Below, in pieces: positions 32,805 through 44,591 of a DNA stretch of 64,000 nt. This stretch comes from Cyanidioschyzon merolae. Its lineage: Eukaryota. The number at the start of each line of letters is the position of its first letter. The first letter of the stretch is position 1. Under the pieces are notes generated by a model. It ran no database searches. It worked only from the letters and a program-made list of their open reading frames with translations, and was not told where the DNA came from. The stretch is from NCBI GenBank assembly GCA_000091205.1, contig AP006491.2; one strand, 5' to 3'. The position numbers and the translations under genes are program-made.

Positions 32805-33752
32805 TCAAATGCGTGGCTCCGCGATAGCTGCCAGTTCTTCCAACTCGCGGTCGACGGTCGTGTCAACAGGGCTGCAGGATGCCGCAGTAGCACCCAGTGA
32901 CGTGGCCCGTGTACCCCTATCGGCAGACTGGATCGACTGGGGAGGCTCCGGCAGCCGTGCCGCAATACGGTCCGTGCGTCTCGTGAGGGTGCCGGCTTCG
33001 CTGCGCACCTCGACCGCAGCTCGCTCCATACGACCGTTCTGAGCGACCGCAGCACGCGACCGCCCAGGAGCTTGAGCAGCAGCCAACTGGGCCCCCTGGA
33101 TTGGTATTTCGTGGAGAAGGCGGTCCTCATCGACCTCGAACTGGAGTTCCACCATTTGTCGCTCAATCTCACCTTCATCGACAATGTCCGTGGTGATCGG
33201 TTGCTGCAGCGCCATAGTTATCTCGTCGACTCTACCGGTGTGTTCCTGCAAGTCCAACATGGTGCGATCGACTTGTTCCAGAGTCAAGCCCTGATTCATG
33301 CGCTGCAGCACTCCGTTGCCCATTCGTAGCGCCTCGTAGGTTTCCTGGTTATTTCGGGCTGTCTCTATGGCCAGGATTTGCTCTTCGATGCGTTCACGGG
33401 CAGCCATGGTCGTGCGAATCTGCGCCTCCAGTCGCGTTCGTCGCCGCAGACACATCACTGCTCCATCGCGGTTATTCCGTCGAACTTCCTGTCGCGCAGC
33501 CTCCTGTGCTTCCTCTACTCGTCCCCGGAGCAACTGTTCGCGCATATTCAACAAGTTGATGCGCTCACGCATCTGGATGATGGTCTGGCGAACGTCGTCG
33601 CCGGTGACGGCGCCCCGAACACCACCTCTGCCCGCAGGTGACCGTTCCTGGGTGGTACCATTCGTGAGACCTCTCGTCGTTAGCGGGGCTACGGCGCCGC
33701 TGGTCTCCGTGCGCCGCCCACGACGGTTCAACCAGGAAAATAGGTGAGCCAT
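32805..33752 (-). CDS. SNF7: ESCRT-III Snf7/CHMP-family protein (Vps32/CHMP4-like)
   Basis: N-terminal MAHLFSWLNRRGRR. A basic helical region is followed by an acidic region. LEAQIRTTMAARERIEEQILAIETARNNQETYEALRMGNGVLQRMNQGLTLEQVDRTMLDLQEH shows the Snf7-family pattern. Confidence 0.8.
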   Translation of the reverse strand: MAHLFSWLNRRGRRTETSGAVAPLTTRGLTNGTTQERSPAGRGGVRGAVTGDDVRQTIIQMRERINLLNMREQLLRGRVEEAQEAARQEVRRNNRDGAVMCLRRRTRLEAQIRTTMAARERIEEQILAIETARNNQETYEALRMGNGVLQRMNQGLTLEQVDRTMLDLQEHTGRVDEITMALQQPITTDIVDEGEIERQMVELQFEVDEDRLLHEIPIQGAQLAAAQAPGRSRAAVAQNGRMERAAVEVRSEAGTLTRRTDRIAARLPEPPQSIQSADRGTRATSLGATAASCSPVDTTVDRELEELAAIAEPRI

Positions 33753-34264
33753 AGCGCCTTGTCGGTAACGCTACGTTCTTGTGTGAAAATAACCTCTCTC
33801 CTGGAAAACGCTGTACTCGTTGGAAAACCCGGGGTCTCGAGTCACAGACTCGACTGAAGGCCAAGAGACACACTGGCACAAAAAAACGTGTCTTCGTTAC
33901 GCCTGGTCACGTACACGACCGCAGCGGTTCAAGGCGCCCGTGCGAAATGATCCCAGCGGCGCTACACCCCGTAGCGTCCCTGATGCGACAGCAGCAACCA
34001 CAGAAACACACACCTTGGACTCAAGAGCTCACAATGAACAAGTACGCAGGTCGAAAGTCCACGATACCACAGTCTGGCAACGAGACAGCACACACAAGCG
34101 GCAGCGCGAACAAAACGCACACGCTGTCCCTAGAGCTCGGCAGCGCCGGTTACAATTTTTTTTAATTTCATAAAGCGTTGACGAAGGCCGGCATTTCCCG
34201 ATTGACTGCTGGGGCGCTTGATACCAGCGTGCGGAGCAGCATTCATGATTCCACGTCCGACTTC

Positions 34265-34425
34265 TAAGCTCCATAAGCCATACCGTGTCGTGGGTATACT
34301 GGTTGCTTCGTATATTCTATCGTTTGCTGAGTGCGTGTCCTGATCATCCGCGACACCGCCTATAGCGCCGGTGCGGGCGTAGCACGGCGACAAAACGGCG
34401 TTGCCGTACCTCGGAGGGCGTCTGC
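34265..34425 (-). repeat. SINE-like dispersed repeat, head-proximal fragment
   Basis: gtatactggttgcttcgtatattctatcgtttgctgagtg...cgcctatagcgccggtgcgggcg...ccgtacctcggagggcgtc aligns to 3860-4000 and to 50560-50700 (revcomp). Confidence 0.6.
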
Positions 34426-37400
34426 TCGAGACGGTAGACAGGTACGCTAGCGCAGCCAGTTGCCCGCCTTTTCTGGCCGGCAGACTGCAGTAGGTTTCAG
34501 CTTGTGCTTGCATACTTCGAGCCTGAGAAGCTGTCCGACAAATCTAGATGGCGGCAGCTCCTTGGGTCCCGTCTTCAGCGCGGCAAAACTCCTGATATAG
34601 ATAGCAGCGTTAAAGTCTCATTTCACAAACTCCATGCGTTTATTGCCGCTGCTCGAGCTGACCAATGGAAGGAGGCATCGGACTCGTGCCCGCTGTGCCA
34701 CTTGGTTCGCTGTCAGCAACTCGTACTTTTCTGTGGCCGAAGGTCTCCGCTGTCTTCTCTCCGTATCGACCCTCTGGCGTGTACATCTGTGCTGATTCCT
34801 TAGATTTTACTTGCTTCATATGAACGCACTTTTTTATGCTCTTAGGTGAAGACCTTCCCCCGGCGAGAGGGACTTGCGGAAGAAAGAAGGCATATGTCCA
34901 AACGTCAGCGTGTGCTAGAAGCCGCAGCGATTCTGTCTGAAGAGCGATCATTACGTTTCAGGACTGAAAACGCTCTTTCGATGGAGTTGAGCCACGGAGA
35001 GTACGAAGGAATGAAAAGCAGCTCTACTCCCGGATAGAATCAGCGAAAAGCTCGAACGCGAAGGGCAATGGTGAAATGCTATGTTGTCCAGTAGAAGGAC
35101 GTCGCCAGACCTGCGGGGAAAAGTCTTCGATCATTCGACGAAAGGGTTGCTGTTGTATGAGCGTTCCCTACGAGCGAAACTCAGGCCGTCAAATGAATCC
35201 ATTCTAGCTAGAACAGATGATGATGTCCTCGTTCTCCTCGAGTTCTACCGAACATTGCACGGGCTCCGTCTCCGCAAATACCCATCTACGCTTCAACCGC
35301 TTCATCCGAAGCAAGTCTCATCGACTGAAACAAACCGACATGACTCCGCTTCATGCTCATCGCGACGTTCCAGCAACGCTATCCTTGCGATTTCGGTGCA
35401 AGATGGTCGCGCGTGAACTACGACTCTTTTTGCGACTATATCCCAGTGTTTTCAGGACGACACGAACAAGCCGTTCAGAAACAGAGACGCCCGTGGTGGC
35501 TGTTACCGTCGCTTTTGCTTTCCATTACATGATCAACGGCTCGTTTTCTATCATTGGCCGAAAGCAGTCTTTCACAGTACCAGTTTCTGGCGCGTGACGC
35601 GTATACTTCTTTCTTTCAGTTTCCCCAACCATCTGAGTGCTGTGGTACATCTGACCTGAATGCGGAATGCAGTCCTCGTTCCACTATTCAGTAAAGAATC
35701 TTTCCTAAAGAAAGTTCGTCGTCAATCTACAATATACATTGCGTAGTGTTTCCGATCTCCTGCAACACACCACGAAAAGCATTCAATTAAATGCAGCGAA
35801 GTTTGAACAATGTTGAGTGGAAACACTATGAACAGGTGGATCTCCTCTGGTCTGGATGCAGCAAGTCGCAGATATGTCGCAGGATGTAACATTTGGTTTC
35901 AGGGAACTGTTATCGAGCTTTGGGACGATTCCAGATCTCCTGAACGCTCTCGATTTGGCATTGTTCTGAATTGTCCATTGCTGCAGCGTATGGACGTGGA
36001 GCCGTTCTCTGAGGAATTCCGATAAAACGCTTTCGAGTGCGTCTCAATTCGACCTAGGCATGAACAGCCGGGGCGTTGGAAGCGCCTCGGAAACGTCAGG
36101 CTGTGTGCAGCATATTAGCATTTGCTTGGGCAGGAAGCAAGGATTCCGCCTCGCATCACCTACATCGAAAGTGATCAAAGCATACAAGCAACGCATTCGC
36201 CAGCTCAAATTCCAAAGTGCCAGCGAATGGACGGCCCAGTCGCGCTGGCGAACCTTGTGCGCAAGCCTCATGAGGAATCCCCAAACCTCTGGCGTATCCT
36301 GGCATCTGCACTTACCGATTCGCTTCACGAACATTCACCCATGCGCCCGCAAGCAAACGCATTCCTGGCAGCAATGCTTTGTATGCGGATATTTCGTTAA
36401 TATCGCAGCTTACAGGTTATCTTTCGCTGCAGCGACAGAACAGGGCATGCCGTGCAGCTCCGGCTGTCGCAAGCTTATTTGCAACCCTTCTCCTGAATCA
36501 CGTATAGGCGACTGCGAACCGGCAACTACAGATTGCAGCTTCCGAGACGCGAACCAGCTTCTAATCGATGCCGGCGACGTTGCTCGCTATCGCACGCTGG
36601 CGGCAGCGCGTACCAGTCTCCCGTCGACGCATGGGGAACGAGCATACGCAATCCAAATGCTCGTGTTTCTGTGCGTCATTTCCAAAATATATAGCTTTGT
36701 CTCTATCATTTGTCTGCCGATCCATGCACGCCAGTGCTGCTCGCATCGCACCGTTTTCTCGACTGCACCATCAATCGATCATTCGAGCCGAATTCCCTGC
36801 ATGCACTGCGATTGCCGTTCGCAACCAGGGAAGCGCGAAGACACCTCCATGCCTTTCGGGGGCGCATGCAGCTCGCATAAGACCCCGATCACTCGTCACG
36901 TTGCGTAGAACGCATGAACCCAGCGAATGCGCCATTGTTCAGCGCCATTTGAACCCCCCGCTGCGTCGCCGAAAGCGCCATCCACGCGATACCCGCCCAG
37001 CAACAGCGCAGCAGCGTCGACTCGAGACACGCCTCCGGTTGCCGTGTGATCGACGAGCTCCCGCAGCGCGTGCAGATCACCGGCGAAGGCAACGAAGAAG
37101 CCGCAAGGGGCATTGCGCTCCGGATTCGAGCTGCCAACGGACGCGCGCGCCCAGCGATGCGATGCGACGCCCTGGGGATCACGACGGCACGCATCGCCTT
37201 CGATTTTCTCCCAAACGCGTTCATTTCTACCACAAGTTTCGCGGGCTCCAACGGCGAAATCCATTTTTGGTGGGGACACGTGTCCGTCGTGATGGTGCGT
37301 TCCTGGCCAATGATATATCGAACGAAAACAGTGCTTGAGACCTTTCCTCTGTATTCTTCTGCGGCGCGGCTGTTATGGATGGACACCGTCGGCTACGTGG

Positions 37401-37540
37401 CATCACGTGGTGACGCGAACTTGTGAAGTACACCAAAATTTTGCATTTGATTGGCGTTGTCATCGTTCGGAAAGAAGACGTGACATATCCCATTACGATT
37501 TAGAGTATACTACGCAAGTATTCGACGAGAAGGATAATAC

Positions 37541-38410
37541 ATGATGCAGTACAAACTCCAAGTGCGCAACTTTATCTTCGTAGTGCTCAGTCTGGCGTTG
37601 CTGGTGGGCCTTGCCTCGAGCGTGGCCGCTGAAACCCTGGACACTGAGGGTCGCTGGTATCAACAGCAAGTGACGGTGACTCCACAGGTGCAGTGCACAC
37701 CTGTGACGTACACGGCAACTTGTGTGCCGAAGCAGGCGTGCGTTCAGTACACGACACAACAGGTTTGCGAGAAAAAGCAGACCGTATGCCAGCAGGTGCA
37801 GCAGGTGCAACAAGTGCAGAAGACGGTGGTTCCGGTGAAGAAGACCGTCATGCCCATGAAGAAACAGCCCTTATATCGCTGGTACCAGTATGAGCAGGTT
37901 CAAGCAACGGCTACGCCAACGCCGATTTGCACTCAGGTGTGTCAGTACGCGAACGTGCAGGTCTGTGCTGCCTATGAGCAATACGAGGTTTGCAAGGTTT
38001 GCACGCAACAGTACGAGGAAGTTCAGAAATGTCAGCAGCAGTACCAGCAGCAGTACCAGCAGATGTATCGGTGGTATCAGCAGGTGCAGGTGACCCAGTG
38101 CCCGGTTGAATGCCAGGCGGGTCAGGTGCAGTGCCAGTACGTGAAGCAGGTGATCTCGACACCGAAGGTACCGTTGACGAAATTGCCGCCACCACCACCA
38201 CCAAGTGTGACGCCAGTGCCAACGGTAATCCCTACGGTCATCCCGACGACCGTCATTCCTACGGTCATCCCGACGACAGTTATTCCTACGGTCATCCCGA
38301 CGACAGTTATTCCAACGATCGTGCCAACGACCGTCATTCCGACAGTCGTCTCGACGACGATCACTACGGCGCCTACAACGTCAGTGCTGCCGTCTGCATC
38401 ACCACTGTAA
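37541..38410 (+). CDS. Secreted Cys/Gln-rich repetitive protein. It has a signal peptide, a C/Q/V/Y-rich domain, a PPPPPP hinge and a (T)VIPTVIPT 9-aa tandem repeat x ~5 (27-bp coding repeat). Novel, no family assignable.
   Basis: N-terminal signal MMQYKLQVRNFIFVVLSLALLVGLASSVAAE. About 20 Cys in QQ/YQQ context. The DNA tandem unit acggtcatcccgacgacagttattcct is repeated at 38230-38340. Confidence 0.6.
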   Translation: MMQYKLQVRNFIFVVLSLALLVGLASSVAAETLDTEGRWYQQQVTVTPQVQCTPVTYTATCVPKQACVQYTTQQVCEKKQTVCQQVQQVQQVQKTVVPVKKTVMPMKKQPLYRWYQYEQVQATATPTPICTQVCQYANVQVCAAYEQYEVCKVCTQQYEEVQKCQQQYQQQYQQMYRWYQQVQVTQCPVECQAGQVQCQYVKQVISTPKVPLTKLPPPPPPSVTPVPTVIPTVIPTTVIPTVIPTTVIPTVIPTTVIPTIVPTTVIPTVVSTTITTAPTTSVLPSASPL

Positions 38411-40284
38411 GTTACGTAGCCGACGAGCGTACATTGAAGTACATCAGGAGTGCCGGGTTGAGCCCAGATGGAGGCAGAGGGGTACGAGGCCAAGATTGGC
38501 CTTTCGTATGGAGAGAACGAATTAGAGAAATTGGAATCGGGGTAGAATTTCAGGCGATGGAGCTGGTCAATGAATACATTACTTCTCTGAAACGGAAAGA
38601 ATGTCTCTCGGTCGCAGTGCCGAGGCGAGAACGTGTGACGAAAAGCACCAAAGTGAACAACCAGCAGCGAGGGAGACGTGTGCTCCAGTCTCTGGCTTTC
38701 TGCACAGCACTCATTTGCGCCTTTCTGGATTTCCATTATAGTCTTTCACCTTAATTGTATTCCATCATCAGGTGCGTATACTCAAATGCCTTTTCGCATT
38801 TCATAGCCAGAAGTGTTCGGATTGCGTTCATTTTGAAAAAATAAAGAGCCCGATGGAAAGTTACGGACACGAAAGTCGAGGATCCTACAGGGCCATCCTC
38901 GCCAGGTTCCGCTAAAAACCCGAAAAGAATGTTGTTTTTGCCTGTGAACGAGGGAAGAAGAGCAAGTGACAAAGAAGACGAAGATGGAGATGTTGATGGG
39001 TGATAGGCGGGACCAGGTGTTCGCGAGACTCGGCGATAACGAGACTGGAATCGCACTGAGGGCTCGAGCTTTGGCAATTCCTGCATTGATGAGTTCAGCC
39101 ACGGGCAATAAACACAAGGAATTTGTGAATTGAGACTTCAACGCCACCATCATTAGCAGACGCTCTACAGTGCTGAAGACGACGAGACCCGAGGAGCTAC
39201 GGCGATCCGAATACGTGTGGTATCCTCCCAGGCTCGTAGTGAACTGGTAGAAACGGATGCCGATACCAGACTGCCGGTCAAAAATGCAAGGAGTCGTCGG
39301 TGCATGGGTAGATCTATTTATTCACCGTTCTTGTAGAACGTTTTCTGTTTTATTGAGAGCAACGATTATCTTCTGCTGCTGCATCCTCAGCACTTTTCTG
39401 CAGTCACGACAGCAGGCAAGTTTCGGCAGCCGAAAGCGCCCCTGCTGCCGCGTTCTCGATCCGCCATGAAAAAGCGTACGCAGATCATGCGATCCGGACG
39501 AGTGTGCATCTCCGGATGCTTGACTCTAGGTATGCCTATGTATTTGTATGAGTATGTGTGCCAAGAGCTGCAGCGATCTGATCACGAGAGTTACCGCTCC
39601 TCGAAGCTGCATGCGGTACAGCGACGGCTGGTCAAGGCGACAAGCAACCTGCGTACCAGAGGCATACGCTCGTGTACCAGCAGAGAAATTGCGGATGCAG
39701 CCGGGTGTGTACGTTTCAAGCGTTCGTGCACGCTACCAGTGAGCTTGTCGCTTTTGCACCCGACTGAATACAATTGGGGTAACGGACTTACAGGCCTCAT
39801 ACGGGCACTCCAAGTCGCAGATGCCAGCGCACAGGGCCTGCTGGTCGCCGGCCCGTCACACCGCTCGCTGCCTGGAATCGCTTCGTACGCCTTTGCACAC
39901 AGGCAGTGTCGAGGCGAGATCTCCACTAAATTCATGCACTCTACATGGAAACATCAAATGATGCTGCCTGTATGGATCCGAATATCATTTGATGCATCCA
40001 GACATGCTGTCGAATGCGGTGGAAGCACGACGTGTCCGATTTATCTTCCTGGAATGTGCACCAGTGCAGCAAGTACCCGAACGCTTGTTATACGGACGCA
40101 CGCCCTCGCCCGTTTCGTGGCGATGATTCCGTTTCCAGTGGCTAGCAGCGTCATGAGACTGGTATCCTCCCCGAGCGCCGGTTTGCTGAGGTCACTACAT
40201 CCCTTCCGTTCTGCCTGCATCCAGGCAAAACGCGGGCGCACAGCGCCCCCATTTCCACATCCGATACCGACACATCCATCTGGA

Positions 40285-42762
40285 TCAGGGTGCTTCTGCG
40301 GTCGATGCGTTCGCGCCACCCGGTACATTCGAAGATGGAATACGGTTGTGCAGCAGCAGCATGTCGAGATAGTCCAACGCTCTGCTCAAGATCAAGTCCT
40401 GGTCCTGGGTAGCGTGGCACATTCCTTCGATCAGGCGATGGAGCGTCGCGAGTTGGGCCAGACGGATGCTATCCGATGTGCGGGCCTGCAGAGATCCAAT
40501 GTACAGAAGCAGGGATCGAACCTGTTCTTGCAGCGATCCGCTGGCGAGATCGTCGGGAGCGGCTTCGTCCTGCTCGGCGCTTCGGAGGGGTCGCGTTTCA
40601 TTGGGACGCGCTGGGAACCTGCGAGCAACACTGTCGGAAGGCAGCGCTGTCATCGATGACGCGGTGCGCCCGATGGACCACAACGAGCGGGGTAACGCGT
40701 CCGAGCGCCCAGAGACATGCCAACGCCCGCCGTCGTCACCCTGTGCTTCGTGGCTCGGGGTGTGCACGCCTGCATTCGACGACCGGGTAGCGCTCGGTGC
40801 TGGTGGTCTTTCGCTGCCATCAGACGCCAACTGCGGCGCCATCGGAGCGACCCCTGCGGCTCCAGCAGCCTGCGCATGCGTCCGTGGCATACCCTCGCGT
40901 TGTTGCGGTGCGGAAATGCGCTGCGTTCGCGAATGCGTAGGATCCGCTAGCCCCAGCGCTCGGTCATGATTCGCATCTGCTGGCGGCATGCTGTCGAATG
41001 CGTCGTACGCTTCTGGTTCCCATGGGTCCACGGTCGTGCCCCAGCGGTCTGCAGATGTCACGGGAAACCCGCGTGCTTTCCGATAATCGACCGCGGAATC
41101 GGGTATCGCTGGAGCGAGACGTGGCGCATCTTCAAACCCGCTCAGATTGGAGCGAGCTTGGATCAAACGAATGTCGGGCGTGGAGCGTTTGTCAGCAGTA
41201 CCTGTCTGCGAGTGATGCGCGGTGCAAGCAGAGACGTGCGCTGTGCGCTTCCGCGTCTGCTCAGCGAGCTGTTGTCGCAGTCCAGCAAGCTCCTGCTGCA
41301 ACCACGCAAAGCGCCGTAACCAGCATTGCTCGGCAGTGGGTTGATCAGGCGTTGCTGTGCAAAAACAAAGCCGAGCATCGAGCGCTGTCCCGTGCTCGAT
41401 GCCGTCGTCGGGAGTCGTACCTGCTGAAGCCCAACGCGCTGCAGTCGAGGGGTTTTCCAGTCGCGCTGGATCCGTCTGCTTGTTCTGATGCGGTGACGTT
41501 GCTGCATGCTCGTTGCGCTGCTTCGAGGCGATGCCCACTTTGTTGTTAGTTCGTTCAGATTCTGCGATCTGCTGGTACTGCATGCCCATACAGTCCTGAA
41601 ACCGATCTTCGATACGTTGCAAGAGTCGGACTGCTTGTCGCTGCAGATTTGTCGTGAACTCGCGGAATATTTGGACATCTCGCGCGAGGTCTGCACGCGA
41701 CTCCGCCAGCGCCTGGGTTTCCTTCTCGAGCTGCTGCCACCAATGGCGACAACCAGCGAGTACGGTGAGTACATCACGTGCAAGTCGCTCGCGGTCAGTG
41801 CGCAAGCCCTCGAAGGCTCGGCTGAGCGCAGTGAACTCGTGCTGGGCGCGCTCAAAGAGACCACGCCACTCCAGGTCGACGCTGGCCGGCTCTCGTGCTG
41901 GGGACAATAGGCTCGCGGGCCGGTTCCGCTGAGCATCGCGGTATCGCATGTGCTCTGTTGCCATGTGTTTGCCCTCGCAACGGTCAGGTGTGAACAACCA
42001 GCATTCGGTACCTGCATCGTTCGGCGAAGGTACAGCGGCCAGTGTCGAGGGTTCGGTCGGCTCGATTGTGAGCAAAGGCATGGAGCTCTTCGATTTTGCT
42101 TCTGGAGCGATGACTTGCTCACGAGGCACCTGACTGTTAGCGTCATCTGCAGTGTATCTTGCGCGATACACGCCGCGAAGCTCCTGCAATGAAGTCAGCG
42201 GTTGGTCTCTGTTTCGAGACGAAAGCGGTTGAAAGCGTACGCCAGCCGGATTATTTCGTATTGGCCTGGAGGTAAGCGCTTCCGCGAGACCTGGCAGAGT
42301 ATCCGCGTTTTCCTTGCAGGCAACATCGAGCGCAGCCGGCACGCTCTCGCATGGTTCACCCTCGGTGATGGTAACGGCCGCAGCAACGCTTGCTCTTGGC
42401 GGGCTCTCGGAGCAGACCGGGCCCTGATGATAATGAGCATGTCCCCGAGCACCTCCTGACACGCCCTGAAGAGCGGTTTCACAGCGCTTGGCTCCAGCTC
42501 TCCCGCGCATAGGCTCGGTGTGCGCTATTTCACGGGAAGAAGCGTGATCTTCCGAGCGCTGCAACTCTTGTAAACCTGGTTCGCTACCGTCTACTTCATT
42601 AGAATTCTGGGCTGTTCGAGAGCTCGTTTCACTTCGGGCCGGGTGCTTCTTTGGCCCTAGTTCGATGTCTCGTCGCCGGAGAAAGGTCTCTCGGCGCCTG
42701 CGCAACTCGTTTTCCCAACGAGCACATGCGTCAAGAACTTGCGTTTCCATAGCGTACATCAA
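40285..42762 (-). CDS. Hypothetical large protein (825 aa) with a central coiled-coil and low-complexity regions. No recognised domain.
   Basis: Longest ORF in the 39.4-42.8 kb interval. Coiled-coil-like stretch RDVLTVLAGCRHWWQQLEKETQALAESRADLARDVQIF. The overlapping + strand ORF 39466-40659 has junk-like R/S/C composition. Confidence 0.35.
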   Translation of the reverse strand: MMYAMETQVLDACARWENELRRRRETFLRRRDIELGPKKHPARSETSSRTAQNSNEVDGSEPGLQELQRSEDHASSREIAHTEPMRGRAGAKRCETALQGVSGGARGHAHYHQGPVCSESPPRASVAAAVTITEGEPCESVPAALDVACKENADTLPGLAEALTSRPIRNNPAGVRFQPLSSRNRDQPLTSLQELRGVYRARYTADDANSQVPREQVIAPEAKSKSSMPLLTIEPTEPSTLAAVPSPNDAGTECWLFTPDRCEGKHMATEHMRYRDAQRNRPASLLSPAREPASVDLEWRGLFERAQHEFTALSRAFEGLRTDRERLARDVLTVLAGCRHWWQQLEKETQALAESRADLARDVQIFREFTTNLQRQAVRLLQRIEDRFQDCMGMQYQQIAESERTNNKVGIASKQRNEHAATSPHQNKQTDPARLENPSTAARWASAGTTPDDGIEHGTALDARLCFCTATPDQPTAEQCWLRRFAWLQQELAGLRQQLAEQTRKRTAHVSACTAHHSQTGTADKRSTPDIRLIQARSNLSGFEDAPRLAPAIPDSAVDYRKARGFPVTSADRWGTTVDPWEPEAYDAFDSMPPADANHDRALGLADPTHSRTQRISAPQQREGMPRTHAQAAGAAGVAPMAPQLASDGSERPPAPSATRSSNAGVHTPSHEAQGDDGGRWHVSGRSDALPRSLWSIGRTASSMTALPSDSVARRFPARPNETRPLRSAEQDEAAPDDLASGSLQEQVRSLLLYIGSLQARTSDSIRLAQLATLHRLIEGMCHATQDQDLILSRALDYLDMLLLHNRIPSSNVPGGANASTAEAP

Positions 42763-42944
42763 GTCGACGACTTGTCACTTGCAATGACCAGCATCGAAAA
42801 CCTGTCTTGCAGTCGAATCAATCGAATCGACTGCTTGTTCCTGGCAAATGGAAGCGTTTCTCAGTTTACGCGTCGGTAACGTAACGCGCCTCGCCTCGCG
42901 TCAGCGTTGGCGCCAACGCTGCTTACCTAACGGTTTCGCTGAGA

Positions 42945-44591
42945 ATGCGCTTTCGACGGGAGCAGTCACCAAGGACCCAGCCTCTGCTCCTGTTTGGGCT
43001 TGTGATCGGTGCTCTAGTCCTTTGGGACTGCTGGTGGCAGCTATACTGGAAAGCTCCGCTCACAAATGACGCCAGCGCTCGACCACAACTACTTCCGCAG
43101 CAATGGTTCACCCGAACACGGACAGGTCAGTTGCGATCGCTTGCCCAGGAGTACTTGTCGCCCTGGTTGCTTTTGGGTATTCCACGAACCATGTTGGATG
43201 CTGCTGAGGTTCCTTTTCACGGTGCTGGTGTACATATTCGGGTGCCGGTAAACCTGAGCGCCTCAAAGCGTGAGCCGTATATCCTCTACAGAGTTCTTGA
43301 TCATTTTCCGCAGACGTATCGAGACCAGCGCCTGCGCTGGATCCTGCAGCTGACGTTGGACGCTTTGCCGCTTCCACCAGGTACAGAGTTCTACGTTAAT
43401 CTCGGTGATTGTCCGCGCTCGACAGCAGACTCCTCCGGGCGAGCAGCATTCGCCGGGATGCCGATTTTCTCGTTTCGTACAGGCGCAGCGTACATCGATA
43501 TCCCTATTCCAGATCCGGCAGAATACGGCGCTTACGGTAACTACCAGCTGGTCGATCGTAGCAGTCGTGAAACACGACACGACGACTTGAACGGCTCCGA
43601 TGAGGATGCTGGCGGCGCGAGTATCCGCAGCGACGAGGCGATGCGCGGTACTGCAGCCTCGACTAGCGCAGACTGGAAGCACCGCGATGCACGGGCATTC
43701 TTTCGCGGAGTCACATCTGCATTCGAGCACCACGATGGCAATGAAGTTGCCGATGTACGTATCCAGCTGCACGTTCTCGCTTCGCGTCACCCGGATCTGT
43801 TCGACGCTGGCGTGGTGGCGTTCACCAAGTTCGAAAACAGCTCGCTGGCGCTATCACCAGCAGCATACAACACCGCACGTGTTCCTGAGACGCCGATGGA
43901 GCAGCGGTACCCTCCATTGCTGCCACGAACACCGTTATCCAGCATGCAACGCTATCGCTATGTGCTTGATGTGGATGGCGGACTAGGTTCCTCACGCAAG
44001 AGATCTATACTTCTGTCGAGCGGGGCCGTGCCCCTCTTTCAGCAATCGCCCTGGAAACAATGGTACGAGCCGCTGCTGGTGCCAAATGTGCATTACCTGC
44101 CGGTGGACCGCTGGCTCCGCAACCTGACGAAAATCGTGCGCTTGTTGCATCACCAGGATCGCGAAGCGCAGCGGATAGCGATTCGAGCCAGCACTTTCGC
44201 TCGCCACTACCTCAGCTACGAGGTAGCCGTGTCGTACTATCGTATTCTGCTACTTCAGTATGCGCAGCTGCTCCAACCTCGCCGTGAAACAAACGGCGAG
44301 CTCAGGGATGCTCAAGTGCCGTGGCACCATTGTGCGCAGCGTCCGGGTCTGCGTAACGGCCCCATGGGGTGCTGGCGCGGCTGGTTCGTCTACCGCTCGG
44401 GCGATGCGTTACCCTTCGGGTGCTCGTATCGACGAGACCGTACGCCGACGCATCAGTGCTGGCGAACACTACCTCGTGACCCGAGCATGATAACGCTTTT
44501 TTCGCCATGGAACGCCTCAGGATCGCCCTGGTTGCGACAGGAGAAGCGTGGAATCCACGAATCGTACCCGACGGAAGCAAGCGCTGGCTAG
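42945..44591 (+). CDS. CAP10-domain (GT90) glycosyltransferase with N-terminal signal anchor. The C-terminal ~100 aa are low confidence.
   Basis: TM anchor PLLLFGLVIGALVLW. The motif YVNLGDCP. DVDGGLGSSRKRSILLSSGAVPLFQQSPWKQWYEPLLVPNVHYLPVDRWLRNL matches the CAP10/KDELC/POGLUT family core. Confidence 0.8.
   Translation: MRFRREQSPRTQPLLLFGLVIGALVLWDCWWQLYWKAPLTNDASARPQLLPQQWFTRTRTGQLRSLAQEYLSPWLLLGIPRTMLDAAEVPFHGAGVHIRVPVNLSASKREPYILYRVLDHFPQTYRDQRLRWILQLTLDALPLPPGTEFYVNLGDCPRSTADSSGRAAFAGMPIFSFRTGAAYIDIPIPDPAEYGAYGNYQLVDRSSRETRHDDLNGSDEDAGGASIRSDEAMRGTAASTSADWKHRDARAFFRGVTSAFEHHDGNEVADVRIQLHVLASRHPDLFDAGVVAFTKFENSSLALSPAAYNTARVPETPMEQRYPPLLPRTPLSSMQRYRYVLDVDGGLGSSRKRSILLSSGAVPLFQQSPWKQWYEPLLVPNVHYLPVDRWLRNLTKIVRLLHHQDREAQRIAIRASTFARHYLSYEVAVSYYRILLLQYAQLLQPRRETNGELRDAQVPWHHCAQRPGLRNGPMGCWRGWFVYRSGDALPFGCSYRRDRTPTHQCWRTLPRDPSMITLFSPWNASGSPWLRQEKRGIHESYPTEASAG

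Noticed and set aside
39466-40659. 397-aa plus-strand ORF
   Set aside because: R/S/C-rich junk-like composition and no motifs. It overlaps the 3' end of the more protein-like minus-strand 825-aa ORF.
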